A stretch of DNA of 64,000 bases from an uncultured Ruminococcus sp. (GCA_902767845.1 CACXIV010000002.1:23177-87176), one strand, 5' to 3'. Shown: positions 29,415-43,212, counted from the stretch's first letter. Notes: generated by a model from the sequence alone, not told the origin. Numbers and translations are program-made.

Positions 29415-32400
29415 TTATTCTTCTATATCCTTCAGCTCGTCCTCGGAGATCTTTCTGAGCTCCTTTCTGTTGAACGCCGCGTAGATCGCCGGAACGATAT
29501 ACAGCGTCATGAAGGTGGCGTAGAGCAGGCCGCCGATACACACGATCGCGAGCGGCTGCATCATCTCGGCGCCGGTACCGATACCGAGAGCCATTACCGA
29601 AAGTCCGAAAACGGTAGTCAGTGCGGTTATGAGGATAGGTCTCATCCTCGTTCTGCCTGCCTCGACTATAGCCTCCGTCCTCTCCATGCCGTCGAGCCTG
29701 AGCTTGTTTATATAGTCGACGAGCACAATGCCGTTGTTTACGATTATGCCGCAGAGCATGATAAAGCCGATCAGCGACACAACGCTGATGTCGAAGCCCG
29801 TCACGAGCAGCCCGATAAAGCCTCCCGTGAACGCGAGCGGGATCGTAAACATTATGATGAACGGCGATTTAAGGCTCTGAAACTGAGCCACCATTATAAG
29901 GTAGATCATGATAACGCCCAAAAGCATCATCAGCATAAGCTGTCCGACAGCCTCCATTGTAGCGGCGTCGGAACCGGCGAACTCAGTGCTCACTCCGTCG
30001 GGAAGCTCCTCCGAAGCCACGAGCGCCTTGGCGTCGCTGTTCGCCTGAGTAAGGGTATGGCCGTCGGCGACCTCGCCCACTAAGCTGACGTAGCGCTTCT
30101 GATCCCGGCGCGTGATGACGTCCATTGACTCCGACTCGGATATATCCGCGACAGAACCGAGGGATGTCTTTTTGTCGTTGCCGTCCTTGTCGGTATATTT
30201 CAGGTTTATCGCTCCGACCTTGTCGGGAGCGGTCTTTTGAGCCTCGTCCTTTATGACTACGACGTCGAGCTTTTTGCCGTTTCCGAGCTTAAGCGAGGTG
30301 GAGGTCTTTTCATCCGCGACCGCCTCGCTGACCTGCTGGAACACCTGCGCGACGGTGAGTCCCTTTGCCGCGGCCTTCTGACGGTCGACCGTGACCCTGA
30401 TCTCGGGACTGGTCTCAGAGGCTCCGCTGTCGCACTCGCTGACGCTGTCAAGCTCAGTCAGCTTTTCGGAGAGGTCGTCTGCGGTAGTTTTAAGCTCCTT
30501 TAGGTCGTCGCCGTAAAGATATATCTGCACGTTGTCGTCGCCTATGAGCGTTGACATAGAGGTCATAGTGCCTCCGGTTTCGATCTCGCCGTCGATATCG
30601 GAAAACTGCTCCGAAAGCTCGTTGCCGATCTGCACGCCCTGCTTGATATACTCGGGCTTCAGCACGCCGTAAGCCATCAGTGAGCCCGCCTGAGCCGAGC
30701 CTGAGCCGAGGCCTCCGGTGATTCCCATAAGCGAGCCTGAGCTTCCGACCAGCACGCCGACCGTTTCAAACTCCTCGCGAGCGTTGAACGCCTCGCTTAT
30801 CCTCTCACCTATCTCGACGGTCTCCTCAAAGCTCGGATTATTGTTCAGCTTGACCGTGAGCTCGACCTGCTCGGTGCTCATCTCGGACATAAAGCTGAAT
30901 CCGCGCGAGAACGCCAGCAGTCCGCTCGAAACAAGCAGAGCAACGGCAACGAGCACGGCTATGAGCTTGTGCCTGAGCACAAAGCGCAGCGAGGTATCGT
31001 ATCCCTTCATTATCCGACCGGAGCCGGCTTTGGGCTGACGGATCTTTCTGAGCACGCGCTGGCTGAGCGCCGGAACGAGCGTGAGCGCCACAATAAGGCT
31101 CGCCAGCAGCGAATATGTTACGGTGAGCGCCATGTCTATAAAGAGCTGGCGCGTAAGTCCCTCTACAAATACTATGGGAACGAATACGCAGACGGTGGTC
31201 AGCGTTGAGGCGGCGATGGCACCCGCCACCTGCTTCGCTCCGTTGACCGCGGCGCTGACAGCGGAATAGCCGAGTCCGCGCAGGCGGTAGGTGTTTTCTA
31301 TTACAACGACCGAGTTGTCGACCAGCATGCCTACGCCGATCGCCAGACCCGACAGAGAAAGTATATTGAGCGAAATGCCGCTGAAATACATCAGCACGAC
31401 AGCGAAGATCACGCTGACGGGTATCGAGCAGGCGACGATCAGCGTCGGCTTAATGTCCCTGAGGAACAGCAGCAGCAGGATTATCGCGAGCGCCGCGCCC
31501 ATCAGCAGGTTTTGAAGCACGCTGCGGATTATAAGGTGGATATAGTCGCCCTGGCTGTAAAGGTTAGTAAAGCGCAGGCCGTCGTAGTTCTGCTCGAGCC
31601 TTCTCAGCTCGTCGTTTATGTTGTCGCAGACCTCTGAGGTCGCTATGTCGCTCTGCTTTGTAAAGCTGAGAACAACGCCGTCCACGCCGTTGATCTTAGC
31701 GTAGATCTCGTCGCTGTTGTCGGACACGAACACATCGGCGACGTCGCTCAGTTTGATAACGCCGATACCGTCGATCATGGTGTCAAAAAGCGCGAGCTCC
31801 GACAGCTCCTTTTCGTTCTTGACCTCGTCGCCCACGCGAACCATATATCGGTTGTCGCTGTCGTCCGTCACGTAACCCGCAGGCATCGAAAAGCTCTGCG
31901 CCTTGAGGATATTCGCGACGTTGTCTATGGTGACGAGCGAATTGGCGTCCGACTTGCTTTTGGCCTTGGTTTTTTCCTCGCCGAGCTTTTTAAGGGATTC
32001 GGTGATCTCCTTCTTGGCGGAGGCGAGCTGAGCGGAAGCCGCCGTCACCTCTGCCTGCTTGGCGAGCAGCGCGGCGTTAGCTGCGGACATTTTGAAATCC
32101 GCGCTCGACTGCTGACGGGCGATCACGGCGAGCGCCTCGTTGACCGAGAGGCTCTTGTCGTCGAGCCCCTCTACAGCGGCGTCGATCTGCTCTATGCCCG
32201 ATTTGATAAGCGATATCTGACCGGACATCTCATTGAGCGTGTCGCCGAGCCCGTCGAGAGTGGAACCAAATTCCGAAATCGTCTTTTGAAGCTGCGCGAT
32301 AGAGTCGTTGACCTGACCGAGCGCGGCCTCTGCCGCCTCTATGGTCTTGTCAAGCCCCTCGGTGTCGAGCCCGAGCGACTTTAGGTACGCCCTTATCTCG

Positions 32401-33452
32401 TCTGTCCTCTTTTTAATCTGCTCGGCAGCGTCGGGCAAAAGGTTGGGATCGTCAAGCTTTTTTATAAGCTCCGAATACTCGCCGCTTATCTTTTTAAGCT
32501 CCGCGATCTTTTCCTCAAGCGCTTTTTTCTGCGACAAAAGCTCGTCGTAGGTCTGCTTGATCTTGAGTATCAGCCCGTAGTTCTGCTCGAGCTGCTGCTT
32601 GCTCAGCGTAAGCGCGGTTTTTTGATCGAGAAGCTGCATCTTCGCCGAGAGTATCTGTATCTGTCCGTCGTCCGCCTTTTTTTGAGCGTCAGAGAGCTTT
32701 TTCGCGAGCTCCTCCTGCTGCGCGGCGAGCTCCTCTGCCGAGGCGCTTATCACCGCGGCTCCGCTCTCGGCGGCGGCAATATTATTTTCAAGCTCGCTTT
32801 GCGCGGCCTTTAGCTTATCCTCCGCCTCGGCGAAGCGGTTGTCGAGCGCCGTGTTGATCTTTTCGTTGAGCTCGTCGAGCTTATCCTGAGATACGACGAT
32901 GTTCTCGCGCTCCTTTAGAACGCCCGTGGTCGAAACCGACGCCACGCCGTCGATACCCTCGATCTTGCCGAGGATCTCGTTTTCAACGAAGTCCGATATC
33001 TCAAGCCTGTTTTTGTCGCCGTAGTCAACGGCGGTCATGGCAACGGGCAGGATATTCGGATTGATTTTGAGCAGATACGGCGCGCCGACCATATCGTCCC
33101 AGCTCTCCTCAAGCACGTCGATAGCCGAGTTGACGCTGAGCGTGGCGGTATCCATATTGGTGCCGTCGTTGAACTCGACTATCAGCACGGAATAGTTGTC
33201 GTAAGAGGTTGAGGTTATTCTTTTTACCCCGTCGATCACCGATACGGACTGCTCCAGCGGTTTTGTCACGGTCATCTCCACGGTTTCGGGAGTCTGACCG
33301 GGATAGGTAGTCAAAATAAGCTGGTAAGGCAGATCCATGTTCGGCAAAAGATCGGGAGTCATTTTGCTGAAAGAAACTATACCCAGCACAATAACCAATA
33401 CGACCGCCACAAGGACGGTCATAGGTTTTTTTACGCTGAATTTTGAAAACAT
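29415..33452 (-). CDS. RND (AcrB/SwrC-like) efflux transporter with long coiled-coil insertion
   Basis: GMLVDNSVVVIEN, GIIVNNGIVLVD, RMRPILIT; ~300-aa heptad-rich insert. Confidence 0.93.
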   Translation of the reverse strand: MFSKFSVKKPMTVLVAVVLVIVLGIVSFSKMTPDLLPNMDLPYQLILTTYPGQTPETVEMTVTKPLEQSVSVIDGVKRITSTSYDNYSVLIVEFNDGTNMDTATLSVNSAIDVLEESWDDMVGAPYLLKINPNILPVAMTAVDYGDKNRLEISDFVENEILGKIEGIDGVASVSTTGVLKERENIVVSQDKLDELNEKINTALDNRFAEAEDKLKAAQSELENNIAAAESGAAVISASAEELAAQQEELAKKLSDAQKKADDGQIQILSAKMQLLDQKTALTLSKQQLEQNYGLILKIKQTYDELLSQKKALEEKIAELKKISGEYSELIKKLDDPNLLPDAAEQIKKRTDEIRAYLKSLGLDTEGLDKTIEAAEAALGQVNDSIAQLQKTISEFGSTLDGLGDTLNEMSGQISLIKSGIEQIDAAVEGLDDKSLSVNEALAVIARQQSSADFKMSAANAALLAKQAEVTAASAQLASAKKEITESLKKLGEEKTKAKSKSDANSLVTIDNVANILKAQSFSMPAGYVTDDSDNRYMVRVGDEVKNEKELSELALFDTMIDGIGVIKLSDVADVFVSDNSDEIYAKINGVDGVVLSFTKQSDIATSEVCDNINDELRRLEQNYDGLRFTNLYSQGDYIHLIIRSVLQNLLMGAALAIILLLLFLRDIKPTLIVACSIPVSVIFAVVLMYFSGISLNILSLSGLAIGVGMLVDNSVVVIENTYRLRGLGYSAVSAAVNGAKQVAGAIAASTLTTVCVFVPIVFVEGLTRQLFIDMALTVTYSLLASLIVALTLVPALSQRVLRKIRQPKAGSGRIMKGYDTSLRFVLRHKLIAVLVAVALLVSSGLLAFSRGFSFMSEMSTEQVELTVKLNNNPSFEETVEIGERISEAFNAREEFETVGVLVGSSGSLMGITGGLGSGSAQAGSLMAYGVLKPEYIKQGVQIGNELSEQFSDIDGEIETGGTMTSMSTLIGDDNVQIYLYGDDLKELKTTADDLSEKLTELDSVSECDSGASETSPEIRVTVDRQKAAAKGLTVAQVFQQVSEAVADEKTSTSLKLGNGKKLDVVVIKDEAQKTAPDKVGAINLKYTDKDGNDKKTSLGSVADISESESMDVITRRDQKRYVSLVGEVADGHTLTQANSDAKALVASEELPDGVSTEFAGSDAATMEAVGQLMLMMLLGVIMIYLIMVAQFQSLKSPFIIMFTIPLAFTGGFIGLLVTGFDISVVSLIGFIMLCGIIVNNGIVLVDYINKLRLDGMERTEAIVEAGRTRMRPILITALTTVFGLSVMALGIGTGAEMMQPLAIVCIGGLLYATFMTLYIVPAIYAAFNRKELRKISEDELKDIEE

Positions 33453-33473
33453 CAGATCACCTTTATCGGTCGT

Positions 33474-34085
33474 TTATTTAAGCGCGCCCTGCTTGATGAT
33501 GTAAAGCTTGCGCAGATATCTCGCCTTAGACTCCTCAAGGTCGGTGTCAAAGACGTAGTAATTGTATATCTCGTTTTTGAGAACCGAGATAAGGATCTGC
33601 TGGAGCAGAGTCATATCCTCGTCGGACTTGAATCTGAAATCCTTGCGCGAAAACTCATCGGTGATGTCGACAAGGCTCTCGATACCCTTGTAGCGCTTTA
33701 TGATGTAGTCGGACACAAGGGTGTTGTTGGCTCTCACGTTGGAGATAAGGTCTTTGAGCACCTTTTTATGGCGCTCGTCATTTGAGAACGCGGCGATCTC
33801 GTCGAACATGCACTCAAAGGTGTAGAAAATATCGCCGTTAGAGGTAGCTACCGCGCGGCGGATATCGTCGATACCCATATCTATGTACGATTTTATGAGC
33901 ACCTCGACAAGGTCGAGCTTGTCGTCAAAATACTGGTAAAAGCTTCCGCGCGAGATATTCGCCTTCTGAACGATACGGTTAATGCTGACCTTGTCGTTCT
34001 CGGTGTCGGCGAACTCGTCAATGACGGCGTTGATTACCCTTTGACGCTTCTGCTCCGGAAGATTGTAAAAAGTCTGTTTGATCAT
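33474..34085 (-). CDS. TetR/AcrR-family transcriptional regulator
   Basis: TFYNLPEQKRQRV..SINRIVQKANISRGSFYQYFDDK HTH. Confidence 0.93.
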   Translation of the reverse strand: MIKQTFYNLPEQKRQRVINAVIDEFADTENDKVSINRIVQKANISRGSFYQYFDDKLDLVEVLIKSYIDMGIDDIRRAVATSNGDIFYTFECMFDEIAAFSNDERHKKVLKDLISNVRANNTLVSDYIIKRYKGIESLVDITDEFSRKDFRFKSDEDMTLLQQILISVLKNEIYNYYVFDTDLEESKARYLRKLYIIKQGALK

Positions 34086-34106
34086 TTAATATACCCCCTG
34101 AATAAT

Positions 34107-34129
34107 CAATATGACTACCTGTCATATTG
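34107..34129. promoter_or_regulatory. Probable TetR operator
   Basis: Perfect inverted repeat CAATATGAC-TACCT-GTCATATTG overlapping/just downstream of the -10 of a TTGACA promoter driving tetR-RND. Confidence 0.7.
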
Positions 34130-34378
34130 TAACATTATATAAAGTATCGTGTCAAGACTAAAATAAACATTTTTATAATTTTATTTTTGCTAAAATCAGT
34201 TCTTTTCATGCGATTCCCGACAAAAAGCGCGTATTTTTAAACTATTCGGGCAACGGTCCCGCCGCTCAAAAAACGACGGGATCGGAGCGTGGATTTTTCC
34301 GAAAAAGAACAATATCCGATTTTAGGTAAAAAATTTTAAACACAATGCGGATATTGCCCGAAAACACGGGATATTTTC

Positions 34379-34407
34379 TTGCATTTCGGCGCGATTTATG
34401 TTAAAAT
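34379..34407 (+). promoter_or_regulatory. Sigma-A promoter of V/A-ATPase operon
   Basis: TTGCAT-17-TAAAAT with extended TG. Confidence 0.55.
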
Positions 34408-34473
34408 ATTTGGGTGCAGATAAAAATAATCCCATTATTTTTTAATCAAACTTTCACAAAGAAAGGAGTAATT

Positions 34474-34785
34474 ATGGCAAAGGATATGTTGGACGCCGTC
34501 CGCGCCGCCGAGGAAGAGGCGCAGGCGCGCGAGGAAAAAGCCGCCGAGCTCGCGGCTGAAAAAACCGCCCGCGCAAAAAGCGACGCCGCCGCCATGATCG
34601 GAGACCGCAAAAAAGCCGCCGAGCAAAACGCCGAGCGCGAGCTTGACGAGGCGAGGGCAAGGCTTGACAAAAAAAGCGAAGCCGCCGCCGCAGAAGCCCA
34701 AAAGCAGTGCGGAGAGATCTCGGCGCTCGCGGAAAAGAACCGCGGCGCGGTGATAAAAAAAGCAGCCGAGCTGCTGCTTAACTGA
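34474..34785 (+). CDS. V/A-type ATPase subunit H/G (peripheral stalk)
   Basis: Ala/Glu/Lys coiled coil, first in operon, SD AAAGGAG. Confidence 0.8.
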   Translation: MAKDMLDAVRAAEEEAQAREEKAAELAAEKTARAKSDAAAMIGDRKKAAEQNAERELDEARARLDKKSEAAAAEAQKQCGEISALAEKNRGAVIKKAAELLLN

Positions 34786-34894
34786 GCATCAAATCATCAA
34801 CGGACTTTTGCCGATACGGGCATGCGCTCAGTCCGGCTTACCGGTCCGTAAAAAGCTCTAAGCTATCAACTCTTAAAAAGTGTGGTGATACTAT

Positions 34895-37353
<2,459 letters not shown>

Positions 37354-37503
37354 TTGATAACGGATAACGGAAAACCGGGGATCACATCTCACGCGTTACC
37401 GATCCGGTCGGGACATACGCGTTGCTTGAAAGCGATTTTTCTTCCCGACTGAAATTTCCGTTTTCATTTTTCAGCTTTCAATTACATCAACTACGAAAGG
37501 ACG

Positions 37504-38094
37504 GTGGATCTTGTGACCGGCAGCGAAACAATATTAAACAGAATCAAAACCGACTGCGAACAAAGGGTCAGCGAGATAGCGCTCGAGTCCGAAAAAAAGT
37601 GCGACGGCGTTATGCGCGAAGCCGAAAAGCAGGCTCAGCAGCTTGAGCGCGGGATCGCCGACAAAACAAGCCGCACGTTAAAGCGGCTCGAGGCAGCGTC
37701 GGAGAGCCGCTGCGAGCTTGAACGCCGCAACGCTCTGCTTAAAAGGCGCAGATCGGAAATAGACAAAACCGTGAGCGGCCTGCTGGACTATCTTGTCGGC
37801 ATGGACGACAACGGCTACTTTGAATATATATACGGGCTCTGCGCTCAGCTAAAGGGCAAAAGCGGAGAGCTGTTGCTTAACGCGCGCGACCTGTCCAGGC
37901 TCCCGGCTGACTTTGAACAGCAGGTAAAGTCACGCGGACTTGACGCGACGGTATCCGGGACCCCCGCGAAGATCAGCGGAGGCTTTGTGCTGAAATCAGG
38001 CGACATAGAGGAAAACATGGACTTCGCCGCTCTGATCAGCTCAAGGCGCGACGAGCTTGAAGACCTCATCAACCGTGAGCTTTTCGCTCAGTAA
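37504..38094 (+). CDS. ntpE: V/A-type ATPase subunit E
   Basis: Coiled coil plus ISGGFVL..IEEN; true start may be GTG 37513. Confidence 0.88.
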   Translation: MDLVTGSETILNRIKTDCEQRVSEIALESEKKCDGVMREAEKQAQQLERGIADKTSRTLKRLEAASESRCELERRNALLKRRRSEIDKTVSGLLDYLVGMDDNGYFEYIYGLCAQLKGKSGELLLNARDLSRLPADFEQQVKSRGLDATVSGTPAKISGGFVLKSGDIEENMDFAALISSRRDELEDLINRELFAQ

Positions 38095-38104
38095 GGGGGC
38101 TGAC

Positions 38105-39076
38105 ATGGCATTATCATACGAATATTCCATCGGCTCCGTGCGCTCAAAGGAGAAATCTCTTTTTAACTCCGCCGATATCGAGCAGCTTCTGGCGTGCTCC
38201 GATATTCCCAAGCTGTGCGCCTTTCTGACTGACCGCGGCTACGGCGAGGGTCAGACGGTCGACGATATTATCGACAGCCACACCGACGGCGTTTGGGCGT
38301 ACCTAAAGAGCGTTGCTCCCGACTTTGACATCTTCCGTATCTTTTTTATACAGAACGACGTCCACAACTTCAAGGTCGTGCTCAAAGGAACGCTCTCGGG
38401 CAGAAGCTGGGAGGAGCTTATCCTCAAACCCTGCACCGTTGAGCCTGATACACTCCGCGAGGCGGTCGAGAACCGCAAGCCCGCCCTTCTTCCGGAATGG
38501 CTCGGCGAAGCCGCCGACAAGGCTTACGAAACGCTCGCCCACACCGGCGACGCGAGGCTTTCGGACGCGATCGTCGACAAGGCGGTAATGAAGCAGACGC
38601 TCGCTCTCGCAAGCGGACTGCACTCGGAATTTATCAAAAAATACTTCAACAACCTTATTTTTTACAACGATATAAAGATCGCGATCCGCGCCTCCCGCAC
38701 AAGATCAGGCAAGGATTATCTCGTCAAGGCGCTTTGCGCGGTCGACGGGCTCGACAGACGTCCGCTTATCGACCACACTCTAAAGGGCTATGACAAGCTC
38801 ATAGAGGAGCTGGCAAAAATGCGCCTGTACGACTGCGACAAGGCGATCGAACGATTCAAGGTCTCTCCCTCAGCCTTCGAGAAATTTGTCGACGACAGGC
38901 TGATCGTGATGGCGAGGGAAAGCTGCAAGCGCGCGAGCGAGGGCATGGAGCCGCTGCTCGGCTACTATTTGGGAGCCGAGGCGGAGAAAAAGGTTATCCA
39001 TATCATCGCGAGCGGCATCAGAACAGGCAGCGACAGGGAAATAATCAGAGAAAGGCTGCGTGAGATCTATGGCTAA
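38105..39076 (+). CDS. ntpC: V/A-type ATPase subunit C (d)
   Basis: Operon position; YEYSIGSVR..NDVHNFKV..IRERLREIYG. Confidence 0.88.
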   Translation: MALSYEYSIGSVRSKEKSLFNSADIEQLLACSDIPKLCAFLTDRGYGEGQTVDDIIDSHTDGVWAYLKSVAPDFDIFRIFFIQNDVHNFKVVLKGTLSGRSWEELILKPCTVEPDTLREAVENRKPALLPEWLGEAADKAYETLAHTGDARLSDAIVDKAVMKQTLALASGLHSEFIKKYFNNLIFYNDIKIAIRASRTRSGKDYLVKALCAVDGLDRRPLIDHTLKGYDKLIEELAKMRLYDCDKAIERFKVSPSAFEKFVDDRLIVMARESCKRASEGMEPLLGYYLGAEAEKKVIHIIASGIRTGSDREIIRERLREIYG

Positions 39077-39392
39077 AAACATCGCCGTTATCGGCGACAG
39101 CGAAAGCATAAAGGGCTTTGCGGCGATCGGACTCGACATTTTCCCCAGCGACGAGACCGAGGATATCCCGAAGCTTGTAAGAAAGCTCAGCGACAGCGAG
39201 CGCTACGCCGTGATCTACCTCACCGAGGAGGTCTACGAAATGGCTGAAAAGGAACGCGCGCGCTGCGCCGAAAAGCTGACCCCCGCGCTTATCCCGATAC
39301 CGGGCGTTAAGGGCAATATGCAGACCGGCAGACAAAGACTGTCGTCATTTGTGGAAAAAGCGGTCGGCTCGGACATCATATTCAACAATTAA
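39069..39392 (+). CDS. V/A-type ATPase subunit F
   Basis: IAVIGDSESIKGF..VEKAVGSDI. Confidence 0.92.
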   Translation: MAKNIAVIGDSESIKGFAAIGLDIFPSDETEDIPKLVRKLSDSERYAVIYLTEEVYEMAEKERARCAEKLTPALIPIPGVKGNMQTGRQRLSSFVEKAVGSDIIFNN

Positions 39393-39404
39393 TGAGGTGT
39401 AACT

Positions 39405-41171
39405 TTGAAAACAGGAATCATAACTAAAGTCGCGGGACCCCTCGTTATCGCGGAGGGCATGCGCGACGCCAATATGTTTGACGTTGTGCGCGTAAGCGAA
39501 AAGCGTCTTATCGGCGAAATAATCGAAATGCACGGCGACCGGGCTTCGATCCAGGTTTATGAGGAAACCTCGGGTCTCGGCCCCGGAGAAACCGTTGAAT
39601 CCACGGGAGCGCCTCTTTCGGTCGAGCTCGGACCGGGATTGATCGGAGCTATCTACGACGGTATCCAGCGTCCGCTCGACGAGATCATGAAGGTAGCCGG
39701 CACAAACCTAAAGCGCGGCGTAGACGTTCCCTCGCTTGACCATACAAAGAAATGGGAGTTCAAGCCCGTCGCCAAGGTCGGCGACAAGGTAGTGCCGGGC
39801 GATATTCTCGGCACGGTACAGGAGACCGCCGCGGTGCTCCACAAAATACTCGTACCCAACAAGGTCAGCGGCACCGTTGCCGAGATCAAAGAGGGCGAGT
39901 TCACGATCGACGACGCGATCGCCGTCATCGACGCGCCGGAAGGCAAAACCGACGTTAAAATGTTCACCGCGTGGCCTGTCCGCGTAGGCAGACCATACAA
40001 GCGCAAGCTCTCTCCGGACATTCTGCTCACCACGGGTCAAAGACCTATCGACACGCTGTTTCCGCTCGCCAAGGGCGGCGTAGCGGCTGTTCCCGGACCG
40101 TTCGGCTCGGGCAAAACCGTCGTTCAGCACCAGCTCGCGAAGTGGGCTGCCGCCGACATCATAGTATACATCGGCTGCGGCGAGCGCGGCAACGAGATGA
40201 CCGACGTTCTTAACGAGTTCCCCGAGCTAAAGGATCCCCGTACCGGCAACTCGCTTATGGAGAGGACCGTGCTTATCGCCAACACCTCGGACATGCCCGT
40301 TGCGGCGCGCGAGGCTTCGATATACACCGGCATAACTATCGCCGAATACTTCCGCGACATGGGCTACACCGTTGCGCTCATGGCGGACTCCACCTCGCGC
40401 TGGGCTGAGGCTCTCCGCGAAATGTCCGGACGTCTTGAGGAAATGCCCGGCGAGGAGGGCTACCCGGCGTATCTGGGCAGCCGTCTCGCGCAGTTCTACG
40501 AAAGAGCCGGACGCGTGCTTGTAAACGGCACCGACGACGTGGAGGGTGCGCTGTCTGTAATCGGCGCGGTATCGCCTCCCGGCGGCGATATCTCGGAGCC
40601 TGTATCTCAGGCTACGCTCAGAATAGTAAAGGTATTCTGGGGACTCGACGCTAATCTGGCGTACAAGCGCCACTTCCCCGCCATCAACTGGCTCACCTCC
40701 TACTCGCTGTACACCGACCAGCTCTCAAAGTGGTTCGCGGAGAACGCCGCGCCCGACTTTATGGAGCTCAGGGGCAGGCTCATGGCTCTGCTCCAGGACG
40801 AAAGCGAGCTTCAGGAGATCGTAAACTTAGTCGGTATGGACGCACTGAGCGCTCCCGACAGACTAAAGCTCGAGTCCGCGCGTTCTATCCGTGAGGACTA
40901 CCTCCACCAGAACGCATTTGACCCCACCGACACATACACATCCCTGCCCAAGCAGGTGCTTATGATGCGCGCCATCCTCGACTACTACGACAAGGCTCTC
41001 GAGGCGCTCAAATCCGGCGCGAATATTGAAATGCTTGTCAACATCCCCGTGCGCGAGCGGATCGGCAGATTCAAGTACGAGCCCGAGGACAAGGTCGCAG
41101 CCGAGTATGAGAGCATAAAGGCTCAGCTCGACAGCGAGATAAAAGATGTACTGAAAAGGAGTGACGACTGA
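39405..41171 (+). CDS. ntpA: V/A-type ATPase catalytic subunit A
   Basis: [28 protein letters not shown]. Confidence 0.97.
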   Translation: MKTGIITKVAGPLVIAEGMRDANMFDVVRVSEKRLIGEIIEMHGDRASIQVYEETSGLGPGETVESTGAPLSVELGPGLIGAIYDGIQRPLDEIMKVAGTNLKRGVDVPSLDHTKKWEFKPVAKVGDKVVPGDILGTVQETAAVLHKILVPNKVSGTVAEIKEGEFTIDDAIAVIDAPEGKTDVKMFTAWPVRVGRPYKRKLSPDILLTTGQRPIDTLFPLAKGGVAAVPGPFGSGKTVVQHQLAKWAAADIIVYIGCGERGNEMTDVLNEFPELKDPRTGNSLMERTVLIANTSDMPVAAREASIYTGITIAEYFRDMGYTVALMADSTSRWAEALREMSGRLEEMPGEEGYPAYLGSRLAQFYERAGRVLVNGTDDVEGALSVIGAVSPPGGDISEPVSQATLRIVKVFWGLDANLAYKRHFPAINWLTSYSLYTDQLSKWFAENAAPDFMELRGRLMALLQDESELQEIVNLVGMDALSAPDRLKLESARSIREDYLHQNAFDPTDTYTSLPKQVLMMRAILDYYDKALEALKSGANIEMLVNIPVRERIGRFKYEPEDKVAAEYESIKAQLDSEIKDVLKRSDD

Positions 41172-42544
41172 TGCCAAAGGAATACCGCACAATAAGAGAG
41201 GTCGCGGGTCCTCTGATGATGATCAGCGACGTTGATGACGTAAAGTACGACGAGCTTGGCGAGATCGAGCTTCCCAACGGCGAGACCCGCCGCTGCAAGG
41301 TGCTTGAGGTAAACGGCAGCAACGCTCTGGTACAGCTTTTTGAATCCGCCGCGGGTATCAACCTCGCGGACAGCAAGGTAAGATTTTTGGGACGTTCAAT
41401 GGAGCTTCCCGTTTCTCCCGATATGCTTTCGCGCGTATTTGACGGTCTGGGCAACCCGATCGACGGCGGTCCGGCGCTGATCCCCGAAAAGCGCCTTGAC
41501 GTTAACGGCACGCCGATGAACCCCGCCGCGCGCAACTATCCGCAGGAGTTCATCCAGACGGGCGTTTCGGCTATCGACGGACTTAACACTCTCGTAAGAG
41601 GTCAGAAGCTTCCCATCTTCTCCGCCTCGGGTCTCCCCCACGCCCAGCTCGCCGCGCAGATCGCGCGTCAGGCAACGGTAAGGGGCAAGGACGAGCAGTT
41701 CGCCGTTGTTTTCGCCGCCATGGGTATCACCTTTGAGGAATCGGATTACTTTATCCAGTCCTTTAAGGAGACCGGCGCGATCGACAGAACGGTAATGTTC
41801 GTCAACCTCGCCAATGACCCCGCGATCGAGCGTATCGCCACCCCTAAAATGGCACTTACCGCCGCCGAGTACCTCGCATTCGACCTTGGAATGCACGTGC
41901 TCGTAATCATGACAGACATCACGAACTACGCCGACGCCCTGCGCGAGGTATCAGCCGCGCGCAAGGAGGTCCCCGGCAGACGCGGATACCCCGGATACAT
42001 GTACACCGACCTGGCTACCCTTTACGAGAGAGCAGGCCGACTCAGAGGCAAGGACGGCTCTATCACGCTGATCCCGATACTCACCATGCCCGAGGACGAC
42101 AAGACCCACCCGATCCCCGACCTCACCGGCTACATCACCGAGGGTCAGATCATTCTTTCGCGCGAGCTGTACCGCAAGGGCGTAACTCCGCCGATCGACG
42201 TTCTCCCGTCGCTTTCTCGTCTTAAAGACAAAGGTATAGGCCCCGGCAGAACGCGTAAGGATCACGCCGCTACAATGAACCAGCTTTTTGCCGCCTACGC
42301 GCGCGGCAAGGACGCGAGAGAGCTAATGGTAATCCTCGGCGAGGCTGCTCTGACCGATATGGATAAAAAGTACGCCGAATTTGCCGAGGCGTTCGAGAAG
42401 GAATATGTTTCTCAGGGCTACGACGCCAACCGCTCGATCGAGGATACCCTCGACATCGGCTGGAAGCTGCTTGAGATCCTTCCGAGAAGCGAGCTGAAAC
42501 GTATCAAGGACGACATGCTCGACGAGTTCTACGGACGCTCATAA
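41171..42544 (+). CDS. ntpB: V/A-type ATPase subunit B
   Basis: [28 protein letters not shown]. Confidence 0.97.
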   Translation: MPKEYRTIREVAGPLMMISDVDDVKYDELGEIELPNGETRRCKVLEVNGSNALVQLFESAAGINLADSKVRFLGRSMELPVSPDMLSRVFDGLGNPIDGGPALIPEKRLDVNGTPMNPAARNYPQEFIQTGVSAIDGLNTLVRGQKLPIFSASGLPHAQLAAQIARQATVRGKDEQFAVVFAAMGITFEESDYFIQSFKETGAIDRTVMFVNLANDPAIERIATPKMALTAAEYLAFDLGMHVLVIMTDITNYADALREVSAARKEVPGRRGYPGYMYTDLATLYERAGRLRGKDGSITLIPILTMPEDDKTHPIPDLTGYITEGQIILSRELYRKGVTPPIDVLPSLSRLKDKGIGPGRTRKDHAATMNQLFAAYARGKDARELMVILGEAALTDMDKKYAEFAEAFEKEYVSQGYDANRSIEDTLDIGWKLLEILPRSELKRIKDDMLDEFYGRS

Positions 42545-42555
42545 GAGGTAGAGCT

Positions 42556-43212
42556 ATGGCAGTAATGAATGTAAACCCGACCCGTATGCAGCTGAGCAAG
42601 CTTAAAAAGCAGCTCACCACGGCTATACGCGGTCACAAAATGTTAAAGGACAAGCGCGACGAGCTCATGAGGCAGTTCCTTGACCTTGTGCGCGAGACAA
42701 AGGAGCTCCGCGAGCAGGTCGAGCGCGAGCTTGAGAACTGCAACGCCCACTTTGTCAACGCCTCGGCGGTGATGAGCAAGCAGAGTCTTGACGGCTCGCT
42801 GCTCTCTCCTAAGCAGCAGATCAGCGTTGAGATCAGCTCAAAAAACGTCATGAGCGTCGAGATACCGCAGTTTGAGACCTCCGCGAGAACCTCCGACAGC
42901 GGCGATATCTTCCCCTACGGCTTCGCGTTCACGTCCTTTGAGCTTGACGACGCGGTATCGAGCCTCGACAGCCTGCTGCCCAACCTCATAAAGCTGGCGC
43001 AGTACGAAAAAAGCTGCGAGCTCATGAGCGCCGAGATCGAAAAGACAAGGCGCAGGGTAAACTCGCTCGAGCACGTAATGATCCCGAGGTATCAGGAGAC
43101 GATCAAGTACATCTCCATGAAGCTCGAGGAAAACGACCGCTCCAGCCGCACAAGGCTGATGAAGGTCAAGGATATGCTGCTCGACAAGGCGCACGGTTAT
43201 TCCGCCGGGTAG
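42556..43212 (+). CDS. ntpD: V/A-type ATPase subunit D
   Basis: NPTRMQL, RGHKMLKDKRD, KTRRRVNSLE. Confidence 0.95.
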   Translation: MAVMNVNPTRMQLSKLKKQLTTAIRGHKMLKDKRDELMRQFLDLVRETKELREQVERELENCNAHFVNASAVMSKQSLDGSLLSPKQQISVEISSKNVMSVEIPQFETSARTSDSGDIFPYGFAFTSFELDDAVSSLDSLLPNLIKLAQYEKSCELMSAEIEKTRRRVNSLEHVMIPRYQETIKYISMKLEENDRSSRTRLMKVKDMLLDKAHGYSAG

